The notes under the pieces are model-generated. The model was not told the origin of the DNA. It worked only from the letters and a program-made list of their open reading frames with translations, and ran no database searches. Of a stretch of DNA of 64,000 bases, positions 1 through 11,104 are shown piece after piece (the first letter of the stretch is position 1; every line of letters starts with the position of its first letter). Source of the DNA: a virus; IMG/VR virus record IMGVR_UViG_3300009124_000001, one strand, 5' to 3'. The position numbers and the translations under genes are program-made.

Positions 1-3000
1 GTGTAGCGGTCAGTTCGGTATCGGGGATCTCGGAAGTAACATTAGAGACCTTGACATTGTTAGATCTGTTATGCATACCATGGTTAGGATGAATAACGAC
101 GACCTTCTTGTCGGTAGTACGTGCAGAGGGACTTACTGCGGGATAGGCAGTGAACGAGTCACCACTATAAGTAGCAGATGTGATAGTGCCAGATACGCCG
201 CCAGGTTCAGACAGAGTGTCATTAGCAACGTCAAACTGACTGTCAACATAGCTGGCAGTAATAGTAGACGTACCAGAATCATATGCAGTAACCACAGCAG
301 TGGCACCAGAAGATGAACCAGTGATCACATCACCTGCTTCAAACACACCGTTGTTGACGGTAGACATTACAATAGTAACAAGAGATTGTGAAGACTTCAA
401 TGCTTGGAATGGATCTCCATTACCATCAATGAAACCTTGCTGGAACGCACCGACAATAGACGTTACTGTCAGAGTCTGTGGGTTAGATGTGCTATCAAAC
501 TCTTCGATAGTCGCCTCAGCATTGGAGGGTGTCTGAATGATACGAGCACCAACGGTGAAGTTGTATGTGTTACCAGTGGGTAGAGTGATGACCTGCTTGG
601 GTTGAATAGTAACCAGAGGGTTGACAGTCAAAGAACTGATACCATCGTTACCAAGACCCAATTCAGCGTTGTTGAATGTTGCTGTACCGATTACATTATT
701 ATCGAATACTGCACGATACAAGTTAAACTTCAAATCCTCATACTGGTCAGCGGTCCATGTAGATGCGTTCTGCGACTTGAACAGAACACCAGCATACGGT
801 TGCTCAGAGATCGTTCTTGTACCAGTGATATCGATATCACCCATACGAGAGATCCAGACCTTGTATTCGTTGGAGTCGGAGAACAGCACGAAGCAATGTT
901 CCTCAGACTCAGGAATGAATACAGGAGCAGGGAAGTTGAATCTGGTAGAGATAGATGCGTTATCAGAGACTTCAACCTCAGATGGCGTTAGAGTAACGTC
1001 AGAGAACGGAAGGATGTCCTTGGTCGGATATCCATTTTCCATTGGACGGATCTGCATAGAGATGGGGATCTTCTGGTCCTTTGTACCAAAGAAGATGTCC
1101 ACACCTGTCACAAATGTACCACCTTGCTCTTCCAGCAAGAAGGATTGTGCCAGAGGGTCCCACCAACCAACCTGTCTGGTGTTGGTACGAACTGTACGAA
1201 CAGTTCTTCTCTGATTGACGGTATCTCTAACAACTCTTGCATTACGAACAGCAAGAATGTTTTCTTGTAGAGTGTTGAGTGTACCTCTTGCTGTGTATTC
1301 TGCCTCAGCAGCAGAGTCAACAGCACCTGGCAGTCTGCTATCTTGCTCAGAAGAAGACAGACGGAACACTCTGGAACCAGTTGCCCAACGTGGGTTGGCA
1401 TCGTTAGATGGATTAGGAATCCAGAAGGCACCCTTAATGACACCGAGAAGGTCAGAAACAAGACGACGATCCTTAACAACGGCACGAGCACCAGATGTTC
1501 TACCAACCAAAACTTCACCAACTGCAAAGTTACCAAAGAAGTTGGGGTTCACAGTAGCAGAGAGAACTTCGGTATTGATGTTCAGGACGGCAGTCTGTGA
1601 TGCATAGGAGTCAGGCAGAACGTCGTTAGTAGGACTATATGGGTTGGTTGTCAAACCATCATTAGGTGCAGCGACACGGAATCTGCAACCAGATCTGAGA
1701 CCGAACACAGTCTCACCGATAACAAAGGGAGTTTCATTTGTTTGAGGATCTTCACCAGAGTTCTTGATGATCTCAATCAGTTTGGGGATAATATAGTTCT
1801 GTACGTTATCATTATCGAAGAACGCATACATGCGAGTCTTCGGCTTCACACGCTCCACGTCGAAACCGACGTTACGGGAGCGGATCCATGGGATAAATGT
1901 GCTATCGATGACACTATCACCCAAGGAGCGGCGGTCAATTCTAGGTACAACTCTAATACGAGTACCAGATCTCACCTGACGACGTGTCGTAACAGTGGTC
2001 TGAGATGCAAGAACACGACGAGGTACACCACGAGAGAACGAAGTCTCTCTCCATGTTCTACCATTAGTTCTTCTACTACCAGTCCAGGTAGTTCTCCATG
2101 CTCTCCACTGGATAGGTGCAAAACCTCTGTTGTTTGTACCAAATCTTTGACGAGTTGCTTGGAAGTTGCCTTCAATAGTTGTCACACGAGCAGGAACACG
2201 ACGTGTGTCAGTCCAGTCGTCAGAAGCAGGCAGCAGGTCAATACGTCCAATAAATGTAAACACGTTGAACGGGTTCACATTCTCCAAACGAGAAGCGTAT
2301 GGTTGAACAATAACAGCATTCTCTTCGTATGGGAGAGTCAGAATATTGGCACCTATCTTACCACCCAGTGCTGGATTTTCTCTCCAATACACCAAGTTAG
2401 AAGATTGTGATTGGTTATACAGTAGAGCAACGTTGGTTGTGTAGTGAGATGGTCTCAAAACACCCTCGGTGAAGTCAAGAGAACACTTGTAGTCGGAGGA
2501 ACTTAGGTCAGAAGAAGAGTGATCTGTGAAATCATCCACCAGGAATCCATTCTTCAATCTATCAAAACCGTCAGAATCAAGTGCCTTGACGTTTCTAGCG
2601 TCCGATTCCAGCAGTGACAGAGAAGTGTAGTATTCCAGAGACTGCAAGCGGCGGTCCATATTACCGATGTCTTCCATCGTGTAACGACGCTGCTGGTGCA
2701 GTGTAATCAGAATGTCATCCTCTACATCATAAACATATGGTTCATACTGGATCTTCGCCAACAGCATGGCATTGTCGATGTTATCTGCCTCTGGGGGATC
2801 CTCAGCAGGGACACCCATAGAGAGTTTCAGATCACCATCATGTGCCATGAACAGTTTGTCCTGTCTAGGCAGATAGTATTCGTAGTCACAGCGGAACTGC
2901 TCTTCCACCTTAGGAATATTGAAGATGGTAGAACCACCTGCACCACCAGTGGAGGTAAAGACACGAGATGTGAAGTCGAGGGACTTACAATTCACATAGT

Positions 3001-6000
3001 ATGGTTGCTCAACCGTGCCAGAACCAGAGGCAAGTTCACCAACAGCAGGACGGAAGTCAATAGTGTCAGTGACATATCTTGTATTACGATCACTACGATC
3101 TCTGGGAATATCAGAGAATCCGATACCAGTGTAGGACTGGTTAGCGAAGTAATCACCAGATGCCTCATGGATGAAGTAGTCAAATACAACTGCCAACTTA
3201 CGCTTGGGTTCAGAAGTGCCTGCCTGTCTCACCATTTTAGACACACTATAATAGAAAGGTGTCTTATTGCTGTCGAGGGCAAAGTTGGAAGTGATGTTCT
3301 TGGATCCTTCTTCCAGAGCATTCTCACCATCATCGACAACGGCGACCAGAGCGTTCAGATCATCATCGAAACCATCGACAGTTTCACCAGTTGTGAAGAA
3401 CTCAGTCGATACAGGAACAACATACAGTCTATTGTTATTAGCATTGAAAGACACAACACGCGCTCTGGCGTTAGAAGTGCGACCAACGATAACAGAACCA
3501 CTGTCGAAGAATACGTTCTCTGTCAGAGTGATGTATGGGACTTTTGCATCGTCATCGTCCTCAGACTCAAACACAGCGTGAAGTTTATATACATCATTCA
3601 GAGCGAATGAGATTTCTTCGTCTTCAATACGAGTGCCGTACAGGTTACCATAGGACAGACCATAGTTAGTAACGTCAGTTTGATTTCTGGTGCGAATGAC
3701 CTTCATGGTCCTCATCTTCGCAGCAGTCTTAATCTTCTTGGTAACTGTGTTCACGGATACAGCAGCAGTCAGAGTCACACGACTGATATCGTTGACAGTA
3801 CCACCAGAACCATTATTCAGACCAGTAATCAGAAGAGACTGACGGTTGGCACCAAATGACACACCAATAGTGGGGGTCTGTTTTTCAGACTCTGCCTCAA
3901 TATCAAGGTTTGTGCCAGGAGACCAACCATACCCAGTGTTGTCGTTAGAACCAACGTTAATTGTGAGGTTATAGTTCTCACCATCGAGAGTTGTGAACTG
4001 TTCGTTTTCGGGCAGCGTGAAGGTCACGTCACCAGAAGACAGCGGTTTGTTTGCAAATGTTTTGACGGAAATGAACGATTCGTCCGAAATGGACTTGATA
4101 GCAACCTTTGGCATATCGATTGCCAGTTCGCCATCACGGTTGACCTTCTCAGAGAAGATAGGACGAAGACGAGTGACCTGAGTTGCAGGATATTCGGCGT
4201 CAGTAACTGATCCCTTAGTTAGACCAGTGTCAATCGATGCTGTTTGAGAACCGAAGTCAAAGACTGGGGACAGACCACTAGACTTTCTATTGTTAGTAGT
4301 ATAGGCAATAGCAGTGGGGTCAATTCTTTCAATACGCAGAGAAGTTGAACCTTTGAAGTCAGTTGCTGTTGGGGAGATAACGTCGCCAGGGCGAAGATCA
4401 TCAGAGAATACTGTATCGAAACCAACAACATCCTGATCGCCTGCCTGATCCACAGTAACAGTCTTACCAACCAAAGAGATAGATTCTCTAAGAGCAAGAG
4501 ATGCAGTGAAGATTACAGTGGCATTTGTGCTGGATTCGTATCCAACGATGGAGCGAACATCCCCTCTATCATATGACCAGACTGCATTACAAACATCAAG
4601 GACTCTACCATCTCTCAGGATGACTTCACCTGTCTGGAAACGACCAGAGACTTGGTGGAGCATTGCATAGTCGCCAGCAGCAGAGTATACATAACCTCTT
4701 GCGCCAGAAGAACGACCAACAAGAAGTTCGCCATCAATGATGCTCTGAGAAGAAGCAAAGTTGATAGCAGTGAACATCTGAATATCGAACAGGAAGCAAT
4801 TATATCTGTTGCCATCCTTTTCGAGTTGCAGAACTCTTGCTTTACCAATGAGGTTGCCAGTGACAGACTGAGAAGGACCAGTACCCGACCAGTTGTCTCT
4901 CAGGTCAACAGTCTGATAACACTCAGATACGTTTTCACCAGAGATACGAGGCCAACCCCAAACATCATATACTTCAACGGCATTAGACAGATCAATAGGA
5001 ATGATCTGGTTCTGACGACCAACAAAGGTACGAGGTTTCGGTGTGTCTACAAATGTAGGTGCAAGGATTTGAGTTCTATATCCTTTTACATATGCTTTAC
5101 CAGGACCAACTTCCAGGGAAGCATACATTTCGGAAGCAACGTTGCCATCAGCAGATGTTGTACCAGGCTGATATACACCATTGTTAAAGTTATCGTCTAG
5201 GTGCTCTCTGGCACGGACATCAAAGGTATCGACAACATAGTCGCCATGTGTTTCAAACGTACGACGAGCGATCGACTTTTCGATCTCATTGTATTCCGTA
5301 CGGTCAACAAAGTTCTCAACAGACGAGTTCCTGATGCGAAGCAGTTCGATGAAGTTTTTGTCGGTGTCATCATCGATGGGTTTCTTAACAAGTTGAGTCT
5401 TGATTCTGAATCGGTGAGCACCAGGAGCCGAGTAATTGGATGCACCAATGGCGTTGTCTGTGAGAGACGGGTCATCCTCAGGTGTAATAATTGACTCGCT
5501 AATCTCGAATCCAACTCTGTAACTTGGGTTGTTCGTGTATTGATCAAGGATAATGTACTCGGAAGGAATATCAACGAAGTGACCTCTAATGAAGTAAACA
5601 CCTTCGCTGATGTATGCAGTAGAACCAATCTGTGCGGCGTCTACTGGCAGTAATTGTGCAAACGGAGAACCAGTCTCGATCAGGGTGTTACCGAAAGTAA
5701 TCTCCTGTTCAGCAACCAACTGTTCGTTGTTCTGGAATCTCTTAGTTGTGGTGGCAGATGTCGTATCCCCAGATTCGACATACTTAATATACAGTGTGAT
5801 ATAACCACGATCAGATTCTGTGGCAGGAATCGAGTAAAGGACCTTCGCTTTGATGCCCGTCGTTAGACCTTCAACGATCTTACCTGTCAGTTGATTTCTG
5901 TACGTTTCAACGTCAACCCCAAGGAATGCTTGTTGGATAAGGACGCATTCGACGTTCAGGTCATAACCGACCTGACCAGGAATGACCATCGCACCTTCCT

Positions 6001-6172
6001 TAAAGAGGTGCTGACCCATTGCTTCGATCTGATTTTGCAAGATCGACTGCATGGTCGTAAGTTCTCTTGCCTGAATCGGGAATCCAGGGCGAAAGAGAAC
6101 TCTGTAAAAGTTCTTGTCCTTATCGAAATCGTCGAAGTAAGGAGCAATATTGAGGTTGGTATTCTGGGGCAT
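1..6172 (-). CDS. Large virion structural protein, VrlC/DUF4815-like (3' end runs off the window, >2050 aa)
   Basis: Absent from the ORF track because it runs off the edge. ATG at 6172 gives MPQNTNLNIAPYFDDFDKDKNFYRVLFRPGFPIQARELT, the typical N-terminus of this cyanomyovirus family. The same frame is open at the left edge (..RSNNVKVSNVTSEIPDTELTAT). I checked both ends but not every codon in between. Confidence 0.85.
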   Translation of the reverse strand, partial: MPQNTNLNIAPYFDDFDKDKNFYRVLFRPGFPIQARELTTMQSILQNQIEAMGQHLFKEGAMVIPGQVGYDLNVECVLIQQAFLGVDVETYRNQLTGKIVEGLTTGIKAKVLYSIPATESDRGYITLYIKYVESGDTTSATTTKRFQNNEQLVAEQEITFGNTLIETGSPFAQLLPVDAAQIGSTAYISEGVYFIRGHFVDIPSEYIILDQYTNNPSYRVGFEISESIITPEDDPSLTDNAIGASNYSAPGAHRFRIKTQLVKKPIDDDTDKNFIELLRIRNSSVENFVDRTEYNEIEKSIARRTFETHGDYVVDTFDVRAREHLDDNFNNGVYQPGTTSADGNVASEMYASLEVGPGKAYVKGYRTQILAPTFVDTPKPRTFVGRQNQIIPIDLSNAVEVYDVWGWPRISGENVSECYQTVDLRDNWSGTGPSQSVTGNLIGKARVLQLEKDGNRYNCFLFDIQMFTAINFASSQSIIDGELLVGRSSGARGYVYSAAGDYAMLHQVSGRFQTGEVILRDGRVLDVCNAVWSYDRGDVRSIVGYESSTNATVIFTASLALRESISLVGKTVTVDQAGDQDVVGFDTVFSDDLRPGDVISPTATDFKGSTSLRIERIDPTAIAYTTNNRKSSGLSPVFDFGSQTASIDTGLTKGSVTDAEYPATQVTRLRPIFSEKVNRDGELAIDMPKVAIKSISDESFISVKTFANKPLSSGDVTFTLPENEQFTTLDGENYNLTINVGSNDNTGYGWSPGTNLDIEAESEKQTPTIGVSFGANRQSLLITGLNNGSGGTVNDISRVTLTAAVSVNTVTKKIKTAAKMRTMKVIRTRNQTDVTNYGLSYGNLYGTRIEDEEISFALNDVYKLHAVFESEDDDDAKVPYITLTENVFFDSGSVIVGRTSNARARVVSFNANNNRLYVVPVSTEFFTTGETVDGFDDDLNALVAVVDDGENALEEGSKNITSNFALDSNKTPFYYSVSKMVRQAGTSEPKRKLAVVFDYFIHEASGDYFANQSYTGIGFSDIPRDRSDRNTRYVTDTIDFRPAVGELASGSGTVEQPYYVNCKSLDFTSRVFTSTGGAGGSTIFNIPKVEEQFRCDYEYYLPRQDKLFMAHDGDLKLSMGVPAEDPPEADNIDNAMLLAKIQYEPYVYDVEDDILITLHQQRRYTMEDIGNMDRRLQSLEYYTSLSLLESDARNVKALDSDGFDRLKNGFLVDDFTDHSSSDLSSSDYKCSLDFTEGVLRPSHYTTNVALLYNQSQSSNLVYWRENPALGGKIGANILTLPYEENAVIVQPYASRLENVNPFNVFTFIGRIDLLPASDDWTDTRRVPARVTTIEGNFQATRQRFGTNNRGFAPIQWRAWRTTWTGSRRTNGRTWRETSFSRGVPRRVLASQTTVTTRRQVRSGTRIRVVPRIDRRSLGDSVIDSTFIPWIRSRNVGFDVERVKPKTRMYAFFDNDNVQNYIIPKLIEIIKNSGEDPQTNETPFVIGETVFGLRSGCRFRVAAPNDGLTTNPYSPTNDVLPDSYASQTAVLNINTEVLSATVNPNFFGNFAVGEVLVGRTSGARAVVKDRRLVSDLLGVIKGAFWIPNPSNDANPRWATGSRVFRLSSSEQDSRLPGAVDSAAEAEYTARGTLNTLQENILAVRNARVVRDTVNQRRTVRTVRTNTRQVGWWDPLAQSFLLEEQGGTFVTGVDIFFGTKDQKIPISMQIRPMENGYPTKDILPFSDVTLTPSEVEVSDNASISTRFNFPAPVFIPESEEHCFVLFSDSNEYKVWISRMGDIDITGTRTISEQPYAGVLFKSQNASTWTADQYEDLKFNLYRAVFDNNVIGTATFNNAELGLGNDGISSLTVNPLVTIQPKQVITLPTGNTYNFTVGARIIQTPSNAEATIEEFDSTSNPQTLTVTSIVGAFQQGFIDGNGDPFQALKSSQSLVTIVMSTVNNGVFEAGDVITGSSSGATAVVTAYDSGTSTITASYVDSQFDVANDTLSEPGGVSGTITSATYSGDSFTAYPAVSPSARTTDKKVVVIHPNHGMHNRSNNVKVSNVTSEIPDTELTAT

Positions 6173-6175
6173 CTC

Positions 6176-7711
6176 TTAGAACTCGATTACGATTTTGATA
6201 TCTTCAATTTGGTCACCAGCACGAGAAATCGCGCCTCTGTTATCTATATAGATGATTTCGCCAGAGTTAGGTTCGATCTCTGGTTTTGCATAACCATTAG
6301 TGAATGACATGCCAAGGTCATACTCAGTATTGTTGATAATACGAGTAGAGACGCCAGACACAACGGGGAAGTTGATGTCGGGGTCAGCGGATGTACCCGA
6401 TGTAGAACCAGTTACAGGGTTACCGCCTTCAAATTCTGTGAGGTTACCAGTAATCTCGGGGAACACACCATCGATTCTGTTCTGGTAGTATTTCAGAACC
6501 TTAGTTGTGTTGTTCCAAGAGATGACGCGACCACGAGCAGTCACTTGCTGACCACCCACCGTTCTGGACTGAGTAATGATCTCGTCAGTTTGGAACTGAC
6601 CAGTGAACGTGGGGGAGAAAATTACTGCCTTTGTTGCTGACAGAGTGATGGCAGATGTCAGTTCTGTTGTGCCGAACTGGTTGGGGTTAATCACCAGACC
6701 AATACGACGATAGTCGTTGTCAGTTGGGAAGTCACCCGAACCTTCATCGTAGGTGAACTTCGTGTTGATCATTACACGATAACCGCCAAGCTCTTTGGTA
6801 GGTTCCGAACCATGACCAGTGTCGGGAGGAATGATAACGTCGATAGCAGCACCAGTACCTGTACCAGCACCAATACCGTTGATCTCATCAATAACGACCT
6901 TACCGAAGGTGTATCCAGAACCACCAGAGGTCACTGTGGCAGATACGATCTTACCACCGTCAACCACCAGAGAAACACGACCACCAACGCCATCGCCTTT
7001 GATGGGTACGTTCTCATAAGTACCGTTGTTGTAACCAGTACCAGATGCTTGGATAACTACACTGTCAATTTCACCACCAACAGCATCACCTGTCACAGCA
7101 ACGTCGCTGAGCACAGGCATGTAATCGTTGGAGAAGAATTTCAGAACCTGACCAACAGGGATCGTATAAAGATACTTCCAACGATAACCATCAGCAGTTG
7201 TGATAATTGAAGTGGAGGTGCCAGTAGGCTCAATAGTAGAAGGTTTACCGTTAGGATCAGAAGGAGAAGTGCCATTGTAGATGCACTTATAGACCTGATA
7301 CTGCGAGTTAACGACGTAGAAATCTGCGTCATATAGTTTCGTAGCACCAGACGATGCTGTCTTCGTGGAAGAATAGTCATGGCGATACATATCATAAACA
7401 TAACCCAAACCACCAGTGGTTTGTTCTGGGGGAGTCCAGTCAATACGACGAACCACCTGAATGGTGTCGGATGCAAGCACACGCTTCAAAGAGATCATAT
7501 CGGAATAGGTATCCGAAAACTCTTGGAACGAGTCCACAGGAGTCGGCGGCGCGTTCTCGTTGTCCCACTCTTGGGGGCGACCGATAAACACATAGAGACG
7601 ATCTCTATTTGCTCCCGCAACGAGGTCAGACTGCGTGGGATCGGCACCCTCCAACGATTTGATGAATCGTTTCGCAGTAAAAATTCTAAATTGATCTGTT
7701 AGAAGTGCCAT
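6176..7711 (-). CDS. gp8: Baseplate wedge subunit gp8
   Basis: 511 aa; YVFIGRPQEW, DMISLKRV, YKCIYNG, DGYRWKYLYTI and C-terminal GEIIYIDNRGAISRAGDQIEDIKIVIEF are T4 gp8-family motifs; baseplate gene context. Confidence 0.9.
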   Translation of the reverse strand: MALLTDQFRIFTAKRFIKSLEGADPTQSDLVAGANRDRLYVFIGRPQEWDNENAPPTPVDSFQEFSDTYSDMISLKRVLASDTIQVVRRIDWTPPEQTTGGLGYVYDMYRHDYSSTKTASSGATKLYDADFYVVNSQYQVYKCIYNGTSPSDPNGKPSTIEPTGTSTSIITTADGYRWKYLYTIPVGQVLKFFSNDYMPVLSDVAVTGDAVGGEIDSVVIQASGTGYNNGTYENVPIKGDGVGGRVSLVVDGGKIVSATVTSGGSGYTFGKVVIDEINGIGAGTGTGAAIDVIIPPDTGHGSEPTKELGGYRVMINTKFTYDEGSGDFPTDNDYRRIGLVINPNQFGTTELTSAITLSATKAVIFSPTFTGQFQTDEIITQSRTVGGQQVTARGRVISWNNTTKVLKYYQNRIDGVFPEITGNLTEFEGGNPVTGSTSGTSADPDINFPVVSGVSTRIINNTEYDLGMSFTNGYAKPEIEPNSGEIIYIDNRGAISRAGDQIEDIKIVIEF

Positions 7712-7733
7712 CTTTAAGCAGTTACCTTCCTTT

Positions 7734-7740
7734 TATTTAT
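7734..7740 (-). promoter_or_regulatory. Late promoter core for gp8
   Basis: ATAAATA in the intergenic gap. Confidence 0.65.
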
Positions 7741-7745
7741 GGGAC

Positions 7746-9593
7746 TTATTCTGGTTCAGTTCTGACCAGATTGGTGTATTCTTGCTTGGTGAATAGACCT
7801 GTTGCACCACTAGACTGACCAGCGATGGTATCTGATGTAGTGAATTTGTAAGTGTTGCCATTGTTAGTAATGTTGTTCACAGACAAATATGTGTAACCAA
7901 ACTCGTCTGCTTCACTGATGAACGAAACGACCGTTGCCGTAACACCTGTGCTGCTACCAGAAACAATCTCACCAACACTAAACAAAGTGCTGTTCCAATT
8001 CTTAATCTTCAAGGTAGATTCAGAGATGTGCTCAATACCATCACCCAAAAGACCAGCAACTGCAACAGATGCTGTTAGTGGGATAAGATTGGAGTCATAA
8101 ATCTGATCACCTTGTTGGAACAGAGTTGTGTTCTGTCCACCGACTGTTTCTTCAATACCATACAGTGAAGAAGCAATACCACCATCTAGACTGATAGCAT
8201 TTTCATAATCAGTATCAGTATTTACGAGGTCAATAATGCCATCACCTTCTCCGTCAAGTTCGTCGTTATCCTCAAATACAAATCCTTCCAGAGTGCTGAT
8301 TGGATCAGTAAAGGTGACGATACTACCAGTTTCACTTTCAAGGAGAACGTGAGGTTCAACACCCGTTCCAGAAGAACCAGCAACACCAGCAACAAACTGA
8401 ATAACAGCACTGCTCTCACTGGATCTACCACCGTCAATGAACGCCAGTTCATCAACTTCAAACGTTAAGAACAGTTCTCTGGTTTCGGGTCGCCAGTCAT
8501 ATACGATGGCAACTTTGTTGGTTTTATCTTCTTCGACTCTTCTGATTCTGTCGGCAACACTGAAAGCATATCCAGAGATGCCAGTATCAGGATTAGTTGC
8601 AAGGTTATCAAGAATCACACGCTGGTCATATCGGAAGTTGATACCTCTATCACAACCAGTAAAGGAGATTGCTGTCTTGCCTGTATATCTAATAAGCTCT
8701 CTACCAATCTGGAACTTACCAGATCCAGGGAACGCCTCTGTTGTTTCGACGTATAGAGTGCTATCAGCGGCAGCAGCATTTCTAATCAATGCTGTCATGT
8801 TGTAGAAGTCAGAGACGAGAGACGTTCTGTTTCTCTGTGCTCTGATCAGATTAGTATCACGAGTGAAGATAACCTGAGGAGCAGAAGTATATCCGCCACC
8901 AGGATTGAGTAGATTTATGCTAGCAATTTTACCGAGACTAATATCTGCCTTTGCTTCTGCACCAGATCCACCACCACCAATCAACTGAATAATTGGAGGA
9001 GTTTCAAAGAACTCACCAGCATTGCTAATGTCAATACTTTCAACTACACCAAACTGGTTAACATCAGCAACACCTGTGGCACCCTGTCCACCGCCACCAC
9101 TAATAACCAGAGTGATGTCTTCGCCAGAATAATTTCTACCAGTATTTTCAACTGAAAGACCCGTCACACTTCCAGTGACAGGAACAAGTTCTGCACCAGA
9201 TCCACCACCACCAACTAATCTGGCAGTTGCATTAAAGTAACCATCGCCAGGTTGATTGACTTGCAAAAAGTTGATAGATCCATCTTCTTTGAGATAGATG
9301 TTTGCATCAGCGGGAACAGTACCAGGATCATTACTCTCAATCAAAAGTCTGAGGGGATTGTATCCTTCACCAGGATCAACCACATCCACAGACAAAATTT
9401 CGCCATTATCAGCGATATTTGCTCTAAGAACTGCATCTCTGATTGGCGTACCGCAGTTAGATACAGTTAATCTAGGTGGATTATTGGGGTCATACCCACT
9501 ACCACCTTTAACTACAATAACGTCCTTAACGCCCTGTACGGAATTAAAGACTGGTTCAATTACTGCACCACTTCCAGGAACTGTTCTTGGCAT
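7746..9593 (-). CDS. Virion structural protein with repeated 'V..I.I.NxGxGY..xP.I.I.GGGGSGA.A' beta modules
   Basis: 615 aa; same repeat type as in the N-terminal part of gp7; lies between baseplate genes. Confidence 0.75.
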   Translation of the reverse strand: MPRTVPGSGAVIEPVFNSVQGVKDVIVVKGGSGYDPNNPPRLTVSNCGTPIRDAVLRANIADNGEILSVDVVDPGEGYNPLRLLIESNDPGTVPADANIYLKEDGSINFLQVNQPGDGYFNATARLVGGGGSGAELVPVTGSVTGLSVENTGRNYSGEDITLVISGGGGQGATGVADVNQFGVVESIDISNAGEFFETPPIIQLIGGGGSGAEAKADISLGKIASINLLNPGGGYTSAPQVIFTRDTNLIRAQRNRTSLVSDFYNMTALIRNAAAADSTLYVETTEAFPGSGKFQIGRELIRYTGKTAISFTGCDRGINFRYDQRVILDNLATNPDTGISGYAFSVADRIRRVEEDKTNKVAIVYDWRPETRELFLTFEVDELAFIDGGRSSESSAVIQFVAGVAGSSGTGVEPHVLLESETGSIVTFTDPISTLEGFVFEDNDELDGEGDGIIDLVNTDTDYENAISLDGGIASSLYGIEETVGGQNTTLFQQGDQIYDSNLIPLTASVAVAGLLGDGIEHISESTLKIKNWNSTLFSVGEIVSGSSTGVTATVVSFISEADEFGYTYLSVNNITNNGNTYKFTTSDTIAGQSSGATGLFTKQEYTNLVRTEPE

Positions 9594-11074
9594 TAGACCA
9601 CCACGATATTACCGACCATAGACGAGTGAATGTTGCACTGATACACATATGTTGTACCAGCAGCAAGACTCTGGGGGACTGTCCAGTATTGGACACCGCT
9701 GATGGAACCTGATGTTCCACTGATCTGAGCACCACCGTTGGATACTCTAATTTCAAGGGGGTGTGAAGATCCTGTCTGATTGTTGAATCTGTATGTGAAT
9801 CCACGATACACATAGATTGTAGGATCTGTTGCTTCACTAATACCAGGACCATTAACTGTGTAGTTAGTGCTATCAGCAGCAGTGAAGTCATAACTCAGAG
9901 TAGGAGATGCTACTCCTTCATATGCGCTCGATCCCCTAATCAGAGACTCACCTTCATTTGCACTGGGGAGTGCAACAGTGTTAGTAATGGTAAGCGTCGA
10001 TCCAGAGACGGCAGTGGTGATTCCAGTGCCACCAGCAATCGTGACAGTAGAATCGGCGGCGGCAGCAGTATACGAACCAGTGTCGCCTGCAAGAGTTTTA
10101 AGGACATCTTGAACGACGTTGGGCGAATCGTTGGTGATGGTAATAGCACCAGCGTTTAGATTGGTGGAAATGCCAGTACCGCCCAGGAAGTTCAGACTGT
10201 CTGTTGTCACAGTAGCAGTGGTACTACCGTTATCAGCGCCAAAGGTGGTGAACACATTCTGGTCTAGGTCACCCAGGGTGCCTGTCATATCAATAGTAAG
10301 AGTATCACCAACCAGAGTAGTGGAGATGTTAGTACCACCTGCAATAATGAGGGTATCGTTAGGAGCAGAAGCAGTACTAGTACCAGTATCGGCATTGACA
10401 GTCTCAAATAAATTCTGAGTAGTGCCTGTACCACCAGTTCCTTGCTCATCATTAGCAGGGGACCACTTACCTGTTGCCGCAACCCATTTCAGGATTTGAC
10501 CATCAGCAGGACCACCATTCACTGTGGTATCTACGTCAGCAAGAACAGTGATGCTCTGAGTTTCGTCTACCAGAGGAATCCACTGAGCATTGTGAGCAAC
10601 ATATGCTTTTCCAGTGCCATGGACATGAGCAAACATACCATGGTGGTTGCTTGCATCAGGAAGATCTACGAGTTCAGCATATGGTGCATACCATTTTAAG
10701 TAACCATCATCACCATCAATATAGGTATATGCAGAACCAGAACCACCTGCCCAGAGTTGGATGTCACCAGTGCCAGTCTGTTTGATTACGATGGCATCTG
10801 TGCCATCAGACTGAATCTCATTACCATTGGTATCTAAGTTGCCAGTCAGCAGATTGAAGTCTGCCCCACGGAAGGCAGGATTAGGAGTGGTGCTCCATTG
10901 GAGAACCTGACCCTCAGTAATACCAGCACCAATATCAATCAGGATATCAGTGTTATTACCGAGACGTTCATACAGTTCGTCAAAGTTTGAATTGTATTTG
11001 ATAGCACCGTCTCTTAGGGTATCACCTGTTCCATCATTTGCCGAAGATCCAATACCGACTAGCTGTTTCGCCAT
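9593..11074 (-). CDS. gp9/gp10-like baseplate/tail-fibre connector with C-terminal cupredoxin (plastocyanin-like) domain
   Basis: N-terminus MAKQLVGIGSSANDGTGDTLRDGAIKYNSNFDELY is gp9/gp10-type; internal 'D.GST.A....DTL...GGTGI.T' repeats; C-terminus SHPLEI...YVYQCNIHSSMVGNIVVV. Confidence 0.75.
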   Translation of the reverse strand: MAKQLVGIGSSANDGTGDTLRDGAIKYNSNFDELYERLGNNTDILIDIGAGITEGQVLQWSTTPNPAFRGADFNLLTGNLDTNGNEIQSDGTDAIVIKQTGTGDIQLWAGGSGSAYTYIDGDDGYLKWYAPYAELVDLPDASNHHGMFAHVHGTGKAYVAHNAQWIPLVDETQSITVLADVDTTVNGGPADGQILKWVAATGKWSPANDEQGTGGTGTTQNLFETVNADTGTSTASAPNDTLIIAGGTNISTTLVGDTLTIDMTGTLGDLDQNVFTTFGADNGSTTATVTTDSLNFLGGTGISTNLNAGAITITNDSPNVVQDVLKTLAGDTGSYTAAAADSTVTIAGGTGITTAVSGSTLTITNTVALPSANEGESLIRGSSAYEGVASPTLSYDFTAADSTNYTVNGPGISEATDPTIYVYRGFTYRFNNQTGSSHPLEIRVSNGGAQISGTSGSISGVQYWTVPQSLAAGTTYVYQCNIHSSMVGNIVVV

Positions 11075-11097
11075 GGTTTTCTAGTTCTTTACAGTTT

Positions 11098-11104
11098 TAT
11101 TTAT
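11098..11104 (-). promoter_or_regulatory. Late promoter core for the gp9-like gene
   Basis: ATAAATA overlapping the upstream stop. Confidence 0.6.
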
